Shown: in pieces, positions 1 through 11,548 of the stretch
Layout of the letters: every line of letters begins with the position of its first letter
How positions within the stretch are numbered: the first letter of the stretch is position 1
Assembly: GCF_964188315.1 (NCBI RefSeq)
Contig: NC_135664.1
Location: 74,896,001-74,960,000, forward strand
From: Podarcis muralis
Lineage: Eukaryota
Direction: 5' to 3'
Length of the DNA stretch: 64,000 nucleotides
The notes under the pieces: generated by a model
What the model was told of the DNA's origin: nothing
What the model saw: only the letters and a program-made list of their open reading frames with translations
Databases searched by the model: none
Position numbers and translations under genes: made by a program

Positions 1-1160
1 GTCCCAGTTTCTTAGTGCCATGAAAACTCAGCTGAATCCGAAAACTTTAGAAAGAAGTGTTCATCTCTGAACCCCAAAGGAGGCAGTTTTTGAGCATCCC
101 TGCTGGGAGAGCTTTTTGGAGATTATTTCCAAGTCTTGGGTTTGACTTAAGCAGCCCAGTCGTCCGAATGCTTACACAGGAGTAAGTTGCACTGATCCCA
201 CCGGGGCTTCCCAAAGAGTCTTGCAGCCTCCCCACACCCACCGAACATTTTTCTTGGCCAACACTGCCAGTCCCTTCATCTTTCCTCAAAGGATTTGCCG
301 CTGGAGGTGTGCTGAGCTCAGGTCAGATCTTAAGGTGGGCATGAAGACGGGGCTGGCATGAGGGAGCTTCTCCGAAGAAGGGGCAGGTAGGGCGAGAAGC
401 AGGCCAAGCCCAAGAACTGTGTCACACAACTGTGGATTGATTGCCCAGCGAGGGAAATGGGGAGGGGAGGTCCTCTGGGCTTGGCACATCCACTGTGGAT
501 GCTGTGATTCTGGGCAGCTGCATCTTCTACAGGCCTCCCTTGGCTGCTGCCAGGAAGTGATGGCTTCATTTTCCATTGGCAATGGAACCCTGGGCTGGTG
601 TGGCATCAGATGCCCTGACTGCATCACCTTCATCTATCTTTGTGTCTCATGGATTTCCACAACAGTTCCCCATGAACATAACATCACCACCCCCTCTAGG
701 CTATGGAAGAAAAGATCTTCTGCCACAGTTGCAGGAGTGATTCCAGGAGGTGCCAAAGACGTTTCTGGTGGAGAAAGATACCAGGTTTCCAGGAAACCGC
801 CACCACCTCCTGTACCAGCTAGAGGCCTCCCTTCTTTTGCCCGTTTCCCCAAGAGTGCCATTGTCCATACTTTTCGCTGCCCCACTGAGAGATGAGAACG
901 ACCGAAGCCTTTTCAGATTTGGGGCTACCTCAACTGCCTTCTTGACCCTGTGCCACACTGTCTGCCCTCTGCAGCCCTGCCTCCTCACTCCTGCAAGACT
1001 TATTTTCAGCTATGCTATCGTTTTAGACGTGCTGGGGAAAAGTCTCCCCGTCCCCTGAAGGCCACACAGCAAACATGCCCAGGGAGGTTGTGGGTGCTCC
1101 TCCTTCCTTGGAGGTTTTTAAGCAGAGGTTGGGTGGCCATCTGGCATGGATGGACTAGAT

Positions 1161-1410
1161 TAGGGGTCAGCAAACTTTTTCAGCAGGGGGCCGGTCCACT
1201 GTCCCTCAGACCTTGTGGGGGGCTGGACTATATTTTTTTGGGGGGAATGAACAAATTCCTATGCCCCACAAATAACCCAGAGATGCATTTTAAATAAAAG
1301 GACACATTCCGCTCATGTAAAAACACGCTGATTCCTGGACCGTCCACGGGCCAGATTGAGAAGGCGATTGGGCCAGATCTGGCTCCCGGGTCTTAGTTTG
1401 CCTGCCCATG
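1161..1410 (+). mobile_element. hAT-like MITE (family of 18935-19186 and 57350-57540)
   Basis: (c/t)aggggtcagcaaac ... gtttgcctgcccatg ends and shared internal sequence. Confidence 0.75.
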
Positions 1411-1508
1411 CTTTAGAGGGTCCCAATTCCCATGTATCCCCTTAAAAAAGCATAGCCCCCCCCCCAGGAAATGAACGGAGACGGTGCATTCTACATGCTC
1501 AAGAGAAG

Positions 1509-1514
1509 TTTATT
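1509..1514 (-). terminator. Poly(A) signal of the C-type lectin
   Basis: AATAAA on the minus strand about 200 nt after the TAG at 1712-1710. Confidence 0.6.
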
Positions 1515-1709
1515 GCGGCTTCTGTGCTGTTGCCTGCACAGAGCAAGGGAGCTGGGGGGGGGGCTGATTTGAGAGAGGGAGAAAGGGGATGTGTAGTGGG
1601 GGTCTGTGCAGGGCTGGAGACAGGAGACCGGGGTCTCCAGGCACCCGCCCAGGGCAGATTGTGTTCTGTGCTGAAGCTTCCGGGATTCCTGCCCACCAGG
1701 TGTGCTTGT

Positions 1710-4700
1710 CTACACCTTGCAGACAAAGGGGTTCCGGTCGTAGCAGGAATCGTTGTCCCACAGCATGAACCCTGGAAAAGGGGAGAGAGGGAGGAGTCAG
1801 TCCTGGGAAACCTGCCCAATAAGAATATCCGAAGAGCCTGTTTTTGCAGAGGCTGAGCACATGCCCCAAAAGTGTTGGTGTTAACCTTGAAAGCCCTAAA
1901 TGGCCTCGGTCCAGTATACCTGAAGGAGCGTCTCCACCCCCATCGTTCAGCCTGGACACTGAGGACCAGCGCCGAGGGCCTTCTGGTGGTTCCCTCACTG
2001 CGAGAAGCAAAGCTACAGGGAACCAGGCAGAGGGCCTTCTCGGTGGTGGCGCTCACCCTGTGGAGCGCCCTCCCACCAGATGTCAAAGAGATACAACTAG
2101 GCAGCCCTGTTTAGGGAAGCTTTTAATGTTTAACAGACCACTATATTTTAATACTCTGTTGGAAACAGCCCAGAGTGGCTGGGGAGGCCCAACCAGATGG
2201 GTGGGGTATAAATAATAAATTCTATTCTATTCTATTCCAAAAGGAAAACATGCAGGACCTGAGCACCAGAGCTCTGGGATTCAGCAACTGGGATTCAGAA
2301 ACCTTGCTGCCTCTGACCGGGTAGGCAGAGAATAGCCACTGTGGCCAGTAGCCATGGCTAGCCGTCCCCTCCATGAATTGGTCCCTCTTTAAAAAAGGAC
2401 TGGGTTGCCTCTTGTGGCAGCGAGTTCCATAGCTCATTCCTCTCCCATTCACTGCAGACCCTGTGACAAACATGCACGTTGCCACAGGAACCCACCTAAC
2501 AAATGTCGCATGGCCTTTATATTTCCATTTGTGTCACACCCCATTGAATTCTCATCACAACAGCCTGAGGCAGGGAGTTCCGCAGGTTAACAGTGCCAAG
2601 CGTGAATGATTCCTGCCGTGAGCACTGCCTGGTGCCCAGAACAGAGCCACCCTCCTAAATCCCTCTCTCTCACACACACACTTCCTCACCTGAAGACTCG
2701 TCCAGGGCAGCACAATGCTCGCCTTTCAGGGCAGGATAGCTCTTGTACTTTTCCCAGGCTGTGTAGCTCACGGGGCTGCCGTCTGCCCAGGCCCAGGTGG
2801 TGCTCTGCAAATGGGGAAGATGAGAAATGTATCTGGGAACCGGGATTTGGAACATTTAGGGGCCGAGATTTCAGAAAAACCCAGCAAGGCGCCACGTAAC
2901 ATTTTAAAAAAATAAATACAACAAATTCATAAATAAATGCTCCTTGGTAGAAAGAAACTTATCTCAAAGGACTCTGTGAATAACACCATTTTTTTAGACG
3001 GCATCTAAAAGAAGGTAGGGATGTCAGCCTGGATAGCTCAGCTGGTTAGAGCGTGGTGCTGATAACGCCAAGGTTGCAGGTTTGATCCCCGTATAGGACA
3101 GCTGCATTGCAGGGGGTTGGGCTAGATAATCGCCAGGGTCCCTTCCAACTGTACAATGTGAGGAGTTCAGCCTACACACGAGTAGGACCCTGGCAGAGAC
3201 ACATGTCCGACTGGCATGTCCCCTCCCTCCTGGTCGATCGTTCGGGAGCTTCAAAAGCTTTCTTCAGCCCGAACATCACAGCGACCGATGCCAACCGACA
3301 CCGGCACACTTAGGGATCCGCAGAGTTTGCGCAACTTGCGTAACAGACCTCAGCATTTTGGCTAATCTACTTTATTTACATATAAACACACACGGAGCAC
3401 TGCAACATGGCTCCCTCTCTCTCTAGCATCAGACAGCAAAGAGAAAAAGAACAAAGGGCAACAGTCCCACTTCACAAAACACAGTAACACAAACATCCTG
3501 TTTTTGTCACTTCCCACTCTGTGGAGTCAAAACATACACCGCCATGTGAAAGACAACAATCCCATGACTGCAAATGTGGAGCAGGAATTCTAACATACAA
3601 TGTTATGGTTCGCACTGAACTTCCCCTGGCGGGGAGTTCCGCAGGACAAAGCCTCCCACACCAAAGGCTTGGTCCCTAGTAAAGGCCGACCAAACCTCAG
3701 GGGCTGTGTGGGGAACCCCCAGAAGTGCCCTGTCAGAGGATAACTGTGTTTGGGGCTGTGGAAATTCTGCATTCAGGTGAGAGCCTGAATTCTCCCTTCC
3801 AGCAATTTCTCAGGTGCTCTGGCCTCTCCCGCATGGAAACACGGATGCTGGGACGTCAACATGTGCCACAAGCAACAGCGGCATATGGGGGTATATTCCT
3901 GAATCGCAGGGGTTGGACTAGATGACCCTCGGGGGACCCTTCCAAGGCTATGATTCTTTGATGGGCAATGATGCTTCGCACTCACCCTGCCAGGGATGGA
4001 GAGACCGAACCAGACGTCGTCGTCGTCCCACCTCTGGGCCTGCTGCAGGAACCTGGCCACGGCGCTGTGCTCATTCCTGTCCAGAAGGGAGGCCAGGTGT
4101 CCCCCCAGGCGCTGGCATTCATTCTGGTCAAGGGAGGGGAAAAGGTGAGTCCAAACTATTCAGAATACTGAGTAATGTTCTGGTTGCCTTACCTCAAAAA
4201 GGAGTTGGAAAAGGTTCAGAACCAAAATTATCACTGGGGTGGGGAGACACCACTGTGGGGAAAGGGGGCAGAGTTTCGGACTTTTTAGCTTATAGAAATT
4301 TGATAAATACAGAAATTTAATAAATACAGGGGAAAGGGTGCAGAGTTTGGGACTTTTTAGCTTATAGAAATTTAATACAGTCGTATCTTGGAACTCAAAC
4401 GCCTTGGCTCCCGAACAAATTGGCACCTGAACGATTGAAACCCAGAAGTGAGTGTTCTGGTTTCTGAACGGTTTTCAGAAGCCAAACGTCCGGCATGGCT
4501 TCCGCTGCTTCCGATTGGCTGCAGGAGTGTCCAGCTAGGTTGGCAGGAGCTGGGACAGAGCAACGGGAGCTCACCCCGTCGCGGGGATTTGAACCGCTGA
4601 CTGGCAAGCCCAAGATGCTCAGTTGTTGAGACCACAGCGCCACCCGCATCCCTCTTGCTAGCAGGACCCACAAAGGGGGAGGGCTCCCTCCCACCCCATC

Positions 4701-6069
4701 TTGGGGGGAGCCCTTTTACGCTGCTCACCTCCGCATGCTGCCAGGACACCTCCTGGGGGAAGTAACCGTAGCATTTCCCCTGGAAAGACAGCCAGTTGTT
4801 GGGACATTGTGCAGCATGAACACCTCCTGTGTGGGACACAGAGCGTCATCATGAGAGATACAGAACCCCCTGGTTGCCCCCCATCCTAGGAGAGAGGAGG
4901 ACAGGGAGGGGCACCTCTGGGTAGCGTGCCCCATTCGAATGGTGGGCACAAAGGGTCTGGGCTGCAGGCTTATTTGCTTATTTGCTATTCTTATTTTATT
5001 TTATTTATACAGTGGTACCTCGGGTTAAGTACTTAATTCGTTCCGGAGGTCCGTTCTTAACCTGAAACTGTTCTTAACCTGAAGCACCACTTTAGCTAAT
5101 GGGGCCTCCTGCTGCTGCTCCGCCGCCAGAGCACGATTTCTGTTCTCATCCTGAAGCAAAGTTCTTAACCCGAGGTACTATTTCTGGGTTAGTGGAGTCT
5201 GTAACCTGAAGCATATGTAACCTGAAGTGTCTGTAACCCGAGGTACCACTGTATGCCGATCTTGTTAGTGTTTGTTTTATAAAAAAAATGGTTCTGACCT
5301 CCCTTTGTCACCTCAGCCTGGTCCTTGGACCCTTGTCGGCATAAAAGAGTCCACGAGGAAAGTGTCCTTGCAGAGTACTTTCTGCTTTTATTCTTAAAAG
5401 TCTTTCTGCAAAAGCGACTGACCAACTGTATACACATCAACACTACTAACTTTCACTAACCAACCATTAACCAACCCAACAACAAACTAACATTTCTCAC
5501 TCTATATATACAACTAGGTGCAGATCTCCAGATTGAGACTCGAGGTGGACAAATTAAAATGACACAGTCAAAAAGCTAGGACCAAAACTCCCAGGCAACT
5601 CTGATTTCTTGCCCCATCAGCCTTTTGGGAACGGACTGCTTTTAAGGAAAGCGCAGCCGCTGTGTTGCATTTATTGCAATGATCTGTATGTTTGGCTAGA
5701 TCTCTCTCTCTCTCTCTCTCTTACACACCAGTATACACATATATACTATCAAAGTTTAATTGCTTTTTAAATTATTGTCCTCCCCTCCCCAAGGGGGTTT
5801 TAGCTGTGTTTATTTTTATCTGTAAGCTGCCTTCTGTTAGGGGAAAAGGCAGGGTATAAATTCATCACCACCACCACCATCATCATCAGTGCTTTTTTCT
5901 GGGGGTACACACGGCTACGCAAACCCCTAAACATGTTGTGAATCTTTGTACTTTTGTCCATTTATTTTCCCTGATTTGAACTATAAAAGGGTGATTTTCT
6001 TGCATCAAAATGAGTTCCCCTAAACATTTCTTAAAGAAAAAAGCAGGAATAATAATAGTAATAATAGTA

Positions 6070-6120
<51 letters not shown>

Positions 6121-6286
6121 GGCACTGGACGAGGATGATCCCCTTGAAATCTTCAGGGTGCAAGAGACGGGGTGGGGCGGGGGTTCATGCATCCTCATTG
6201 GGGTCTCTGGAGAACTCACCACTCATGAAGGGTCCAACTACTAAGCATCCCAGGAGCCCAAGGCTGAAATAGGAAACCAGACCCAT
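1710..6286 (-). CDS. Secreted C-type lectin, struthiocalcin-1/ansocalcin/dromaiocalcin-1 (XCA-1)-like. Coding exons 6286-6220, 4826-4729, 4123-3986, 2804-2690, 1771-1710
   Basis: All introns are GT-AG and the phases match (1,0,0,1). Translation: MGLVSYFSLGLLGCLVVGPFMSG-GVHAAQCPNNWLSFQGKCYGYFPQEVSWQHAE-NECQRLGGHLASLLDRNEHSAVARFLQQAQRWDDDDVWFGLSIPGR-STTWAWADGSPVSYTAWEKYKSYPALKGEHCAALDESSG-FMLWDNDSCYDRNPFVCKV*. It has a signal peptide, six CTLD cysteines, WFGL (=WIGL) and WxWxDG. LDESSGFxxWDNDSC matches struthiocalcin-1 as recalled. Confidence 0.9.
1870..2221 (+). mobile_element. L2-clade LINE 3' fragment in the last lectin intron
   Basis: FKALNGLGPVYLKERL...RAFSVVA..LW.ALP with a gggtataaataataaat tail. 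Confidence 0.85.
3023..3150 (+). mobile_element. tRNA-Ile-derived SINE with a CR1-type 3' tail (not a tRNA gene)
   Basis: tagctcagctggttagagcgtggtgctgataacgccaaggttgcaggtttgatcccc runs into gggggttgg.ctagat...ggtcccttccaact. A related inverted copy is at ~55625-55745. Confidence 0.7.
5010..5251. mobile_element. Tc1/mariner (Tigger-like) MITE; further copies at 6492-6710 and 62396-62610, relatives at 35799-36038 and 56478-56666
   Basis: TIR CAGTGGTACCTC and TA target duplication. Confidence 0.85.
6050..6121. repeat. (AAT)n microsatellite; similar tracts at 22884-22944, 60130-60165, 61445-61478 and 63205-63262; (GTT)n at 14163-14192
   Basis: Read directly from the sequence. Confidence 0.95.
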
Positions 6287-6714
6287 CTTCTTGCTTCTTC
6301 TTCAGCTCTGGGAAGGAAGAGAGAGAGGAAGAGGAATCAGGAGAAGAGAGGAGGGCTCTGCGGTCCTTGCCCATTCAGTGCCAGAAGCAGAAATGTTTGG
6401 AGACAACCTTGCCATCCCTGAGCTGACTGCCTGGGGTGGCCAGGTCTGTCTGTTTCTTTTGAAATAATAATAAAAAAAGGTCTTATATATACAGTGGTAA
6501 CCTCTGGTTACGTACTTAATTCGTTCCAGAGGTCCATTCTTAACCTGAAACTGTTCTTAACCTGAAGCACCACTTTAGCTAATGGGGCCTCCTGCTGCTG
6601 CCGGAACATGATTTCTGTTCTTATCCTGAAGCAAAGGTCTTAACCCAAGGTAATATTTCTGGGTTAGCAGAGTCTGTACCCTGAAGCGTATGTAACCCGA
6701 GGCACCACTGTATA

Positions 6715-7290
6715 ATAAATGTTCATAAATGTACCAATGTCTGGAGCAGCACAGGAAGACCTTTCTGAATCCATTCTGACTCCCTGAAATCATTTTGACT
6801 CCCAAACTGACCAAATGTTTTCTCTGCAAGGAGGGAGGAGGTGAGGGAACCTTCCCATTGTCTCAGGAATTGGGAAATCACCATCTCAAAGGAATGGCCA
6901 GACTACCAGGAAAGGCCATCAGATAAGGCACTATCAGAAAACCTGCCAGACAGGAAAAACAAGAACACTCAAATTTCTGTTGTAGACCACCTTTTCTATG
7001 ATGTAGGTATGATATATCTGAGGAGTGGTCTTGAGCTCCAGGGCAGGGAATTTAAAATGTCTATATAAAGGCAGGCACACCTTTGTTCTGGGTCCTCCTC
7101 CTTTCCTGCGTGTAAGGGGAGCACCCTGTTGCCACAGTTCAATAAAGATCAGGCTTACTAGCTGCTTTGCTTCTCGATATTCTCTGGTTGGCCTCTGTTA
7201 TTTTCTCTGATCGATGGAGAACCTACAAAGGACTCTATATGGGCTCGTGTTCCCCATAAGGGAATAAGGGCAGATTTTTTTTGTTTAATA
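6715..7290 (+). mobile_element. Solo LTR-like element in lectin intron 1
   Basis: TATATAA at ~7064, AATAAA at 7141 and a terminal ...taca. Homologous to the inverted copy at 13438-14040. Confidence 0.6.
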
Positions 7291-7562
7291 CACTTTGTAA
7301 GCATTTGTATGCCTCTGAGTACTTCAATAGCATCTCGGAAGCCGGGCCAGCCCTTGTCAGGGATTCTCTTGCTGCGATTCCAAGGGGTTGGACTAGATGT
7401 CCCCTGGGGGTCCCTGCCAACCCTACGATTCTATGGTCTCATCCAGACTTGCTCTTGCTCCACCTCTTTCCCTGGGAGAAACCTGATATTTACCGTTGAA
7501 TCAGAGCAAACAACTACAGGGTTTTCTCTGAACTGACATTTGCTCTGATTTATCCCTATAGA

Positions 7563-7917
7563 AGGGACGCAGGTGGTGCTGTGGGTTAAACCACAGAGCC
7601 TAGGACTTGCCAGTCAGAAGGCCGGCGGTTTGAATCCCCGCGATGGGGTGAGCTCCCGTTGCTCGGTCCCTGCTCTTGCCAACCTAGCAGTTTGAAAGCA
7701 CGTCAAAGTGCAAATAGATCAATAGGTACCGCTCCGGCGGGAAGGTAAACGGTGTTTCCGTGCGCTGCTCTGGTTCTCCAGAAGCGGCTTAGTCATGCTG
7801 GCCACATGACCTGGAAGCTGTACGCCGGCTCCCACGGTCAATAAAGCGAGATGAGCGCCGCAACCCCAGAGTCAGCCACGACTGGACCTAATGGTCAGGG
7901 GTCCCTTTACCTTTACC
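7563..7917 (+). mobile_element. Sauria SINE, full length
   Basis: tRNA-derived head gggacgcaggtgg.gctgtgggttaaacc, (ACCTTT)n tail and TSD tatcccta(t/a)aga. Confidence 0.9.
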
Positions 7918-8060
7918 TATCCCTAAAGAATAGGTTTTCCAGGGGGAAGCAGCGGGGACAGGGCAAAGCCCTTGTGCTTTCTAGGTGCTGCTGTTCTGCT
8001 GAGCACCTACTTGCAAGGTGCCAACAATAGGCCTGGCAAGCGCAGAAAGTTTCCCTTCTG

Positions 8061-8251
8061 TGCATAGCTGTCAACCTCCCCCTTTTTTCCGGGAAATTCC
8101 CTTATTTCAGCACCATTTCCTGCTGCTTCCCACTGCTATCCTGGATTGTTAAATATCCCATAGACTGTCCCCGGGACAGGTGAGGCTGCTGATCCCTTAT
8201 TTTCGAGGCTGCTGATCCCTTATTCTCAAATCTGAAAGTTGACAAGTATGC
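8061..8251. mobile_element. MITE with gcatagctgtcaac ends (copies at 59545-59712 and 63004-63110)
   Basis: Imperfect terminal inverted repeat gcatagctgtcaac / gttgacaagtatgc. Confidence 0.7.
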
Positions 8252-8468
8252 TTCTGTGTGAGCTCTTTGGCTCAGCATTGGGTGCCAAATTTGCTCAAAG
8301 GGGCTAGCAAATCTCCGGCTAAAGGTCTATGATTTTTTTTTAAAAAAAAGGAATAAAAATATTAATCCTCTGCCAAACATCAGTTGGCTAAACCCACCGA
8401 TCAAACAAGGAGAGCTTGCTACTTTCTAGCGTAAATGAGAAAAGGAAGAGGAGGCAGATGAGACTCAC

Positions 8469-8544
8469 CTGTCCGTCTTTTCCCCAAGGGAGGCGATTCC
8501 AGGTCAGCCAATGGAAGGGACCGGTGGCTTCTGCTGCCTTTATA
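8469..8544 (-). promoter_or_regulatory. TATA box and non-coding exon 1 of the C-type lectin
   Basis: Minus-strand TATAAAG at 8544-8538 and donor CAG|GTGAGT ending at 8469. The exon-2 acceptor ttcccag is at 6308/6307, just upstream of the ATG at 6286. Confidence 0.65.
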
Positions 8545-8904
8545 CCCCTCCATCTGGGGAGATCCGGCTCTCTGCAGGACATGTGGCAGATGTAACCCAA
8601 ATGCCCCCACCGCACCCAAAGCAAACAAGAGATTAGAGAGATTCAGCAAACCGGACAGACAGGGATGGCCCTCTTATCAGAGAGATCAAAGGCAGGAGCT
8701 GGAGATGAAAGGAGGCGATGGGAGATTCTCTAGGTCTGCATTGTCACTGCAGTCTGACCCCCCCTTTTTTTTTAATCTCTTGGGCCCAGCAGCTGGCAGC
8801 ACAAAAAAGGACTATTCTGTTTTTTTTAAAATAAATAAAAGGAACAGTGCAAAGTTAAAACATGTCCAGGGACATTCATGACATGCAGAAACTTCTTCTT
8901 TTAA

Positions 8905-9720
8905 AAAAATATATATAATAATTTTTATTGAATGATTTTATATTACAAAAAACATTACAAAACCATACTACCACAAAATACAACTGAGAAATAAAAATTA
9001 CACACATCAATATTTTGTTTGTTGTTTGTTATTTACCGTCTTATTTCCTCCCAAACATCCCTTACAAGACAAACACACACACAAAAAGAATAAGAATGAT
9101 AATAATGAAAATAAATATTTTATCTTACAAAATCTTTTCTTCAATTTTGACTTCCTGTCAAGTCCCTTCACATATGTTTTGTCTTAGAATTGAATGTACA
9201 CAAAAGAATGAACCTTTCTATATAAATTTTCCAATACATTCAGAAAACATAATAAATCCTTAATTGTTATCCACCTCCTTTTACTTCCTTTGTCACTCGA
9301 ACGCTAGCACGGAGTCCAAACTATTATTGTATTTTTGAACATATCTTCCATAACCATCCCATTTTTCCGCAAATTTTTGCTTTGAGTATCTTCTGAGTTT
9401 GCTAGTCAATTGAGCCATCTCCACAAATTCCTGTAATTTAATTTGCTGATCTGTTATTTTTGGAGCCTCCTGATCTTTCCATCCCTTGGCCACGAGTATT
9501 CGAGCCGCTGCAGTTGCATGCAAGAATAACTCTCTTGAATTTTTTGGGATCTCTTTGTCTAAAATAATAAAAATGCCTCCGGTATTTTAATAAAGGTTAT
9601 CCTCATCATCTTTTTTTAATTCATCGTATATTTCCCCCCCCCCAAAAAATCTTAATCTTTTCACACGTCCACCACATGTGGATCATGTCACCGTTATTTC
9701 CTCCACATCTCCAACAACAA
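8905..9720 (-). mobile_element. L1/Tx1-clade LINE 3' fragment
   Basis: HMWWTCEKIK, AARILVAKGWK...EMAQLT...EKW; A-rich. Interrupted by an L2 at 9722-10075. Confidence 0.7.
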
Positions 9721-9721
9721 C

Positions 9722-10075
9722 AACAATAATAATATAATAATAATTTATTATTTATACCCCGCCCATCTGGCTGGGCTTCCCCAGCCACTCTGGGCGGCCT
9801 CCAAAAAAAAATATTAAAATACTGTACTACATCAAACATTAAAAGCCTCCCTAAACAGGGCTGCCTTCAGATGTCTTCTAAAAGTCTGGTAGTTGATTTT
9901 CTCTTTGACATCTGGTGGGAGGGCATTCCACAGGGCGGGTGCCACCACCAAGAAGGCCCTCTGCCTGGTTCCCTGTAACTTGGCTTCTCGCAGTGAGGGA
10001 ACCGCCAGAAGGCCCTCGGAACTGGACCTCAGTGTCCGGGTAGAACAATGGGGGTGGAGACGCTCCTTCAGATAT
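9722..10075 (-). mobile_element. L2-clade LINE 3' fragment nested in L1
   Basis: YLKERLHPH...[15 protein letters not shown] with a (TAA)n tail. Confidence 0.85.
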
Positions 10076-10351
10076 ACTTCAGATATACAAGCATTCGCCA
10101 AATTCTTATACATTCTTGATAATCTGGAAGGAGTGAGGTACTGACATGCAGAAACTTCTCAATGGAAGCAGACAGGTTTTGCGGAACAGCAAACAGCAGG
10201 GGGGGAGGCAGCGGAGGTGTAGTGGTTAGAGCGTCGGACTGAGACCTGGGTTCAAATCCCACCTCCACCATGAAGCTCCCTTGGTGACCATGGGAATGAA
10301 GATGTTTCCTTTCTTCATCTAACGTGCCTCATAGGGTTGTTGTGAGGATTA

Positions 10352-10904
10352 CCGTATTTTTCGCCCTATAGGACGCACTTTTCCCACTCAAAAAATGAAG
10401 GGGAAATGTGTGTGCATCCTATGGGGCGAATGCAGGCTTTCGCTGAAGCCTGGAGAGCGAGAGGGGTTGGTGCGCATCGACCCCTCTCGCTCTCCAGGCT
10501 TCAGGAAACTCTGCGCAAGTCGCGGGAGCCCTCCCCCGGCTTGCGCAGAGCCGCCTCTTATCCGGAAGCCCCGGCGCACTCTGCAGTCACGCCGAGGCTT
10601 CGGGTAGCTCCGCGCAAGCCACGGGAGGGCTCCCGCAGCTTGCGCAGAGCCGCCTCTTATCCTGAAGCCCCGGTGCATTCACGCCGGGGCTTCGGGTAGC
10701 TCCGCGCAAGCCACGGGAGGGCTCCCGCAGCTTGCGCAGAGCCGCCTCTTATCCTGAAGCCCCGGCGCGCTGGGCAGAGCAGCTCGGGCTTCCCCCGCCC
10801 CAGCCCCGCGCCTGGGGGGGAAATAATTTTTTTTTCTTTATTTCCCCCCAAAAAAACTGGGTGCGCCTTATGGGCCGGTGCGTCCTATGGGGCGCAAAAT
10901 ATGG
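10352..10904. mobile_element. Tc1/mariner-superfamily MITE with CCGTATTTTTCG-type ends and GC-rich internal tandem repeats
   Basis: TA|CCGTATTTTTCGCCCTATAGGACGCAC ... GTGCGTCCTATGGGGCGCAAAATATGG|TA; about 2.7 copies of a 92-99 bp unit. Confidence 0.8.
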
Positions 10905-11098
10905 TAAATGAGGAAGGGAAGAGCCATGGGTTCCACCTTGAGCTGCTTGGGGGAAAATATGGAGTGCAAATGCATTAATAAAATAAAATCATCTCCATCT
11001 ATCATCGCCATCGCCACCATTATTCTTATTTAAATTTATCAGTTGCTTTTTTATTTTTACAAAAGCATCTCCAAGTGACTAACACCATGAGATAACCC

Positions 11099-11548
11099 AG
11101 TGGTTTATTTTTATTAATTTAAGCCTTATTGAAAATTTTAGGAAGATTTTGCCCAAAAATGGAAAGAAGAAAAAGTCCCAGAGAAAGAAGAATGGATATA
11201 AACTATGCAGAAATATGCAGAGATGGCAAAACTTTCTGGAAAAATAAGAAATCAAGATAACAAACGTTTTTATAAAAGGATGGAAAGGGTTTGTTGAATA
11301 TTTGCAAATAAACTGTAAACAGATAAGAACATTGGCAGGGTTATTGTAATGACCTGCAGTTTTATAAGAGTATGTATTTAAAGAAGATGAATAAATGAGC
11401 AAATTAAGTTAACTTGGAATACGCAGAAAATTAAAAAAATTAATTTCAGGAATGGCAGAAAGAGGGGGAAGGAAGTCGAGTTTTGAAATGTTAAAATGAG
11501 TGTAAAATTATTGAAATGTATAAAACTGGAAATCATAAATAAAATAAT
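11099..11548 (+). mobile_element. L1-clade LINE 3' fragment
   Basis: Degenerate AQKWK...EEW...YAEMAKL...W.GFVEYL and an A-rich aataaaaataataa end. Confidence 0.6.

Noticed and set aside
3023-3100. tRNA-Ile(GAT)-like gene
   Set aside because: The acceptor stem is broken and the T-arm mutated (GGTTTGA), and it runs into a CR1-type tail with a second copy elsewhere, so it is a SINE head.
4262-4380. ~60-bp local tandem duplication in a lectin intron (and a 24-bp duplication at 48851-48900)
   Set aside because: Ordinary slippage duplications with no evidence of function.
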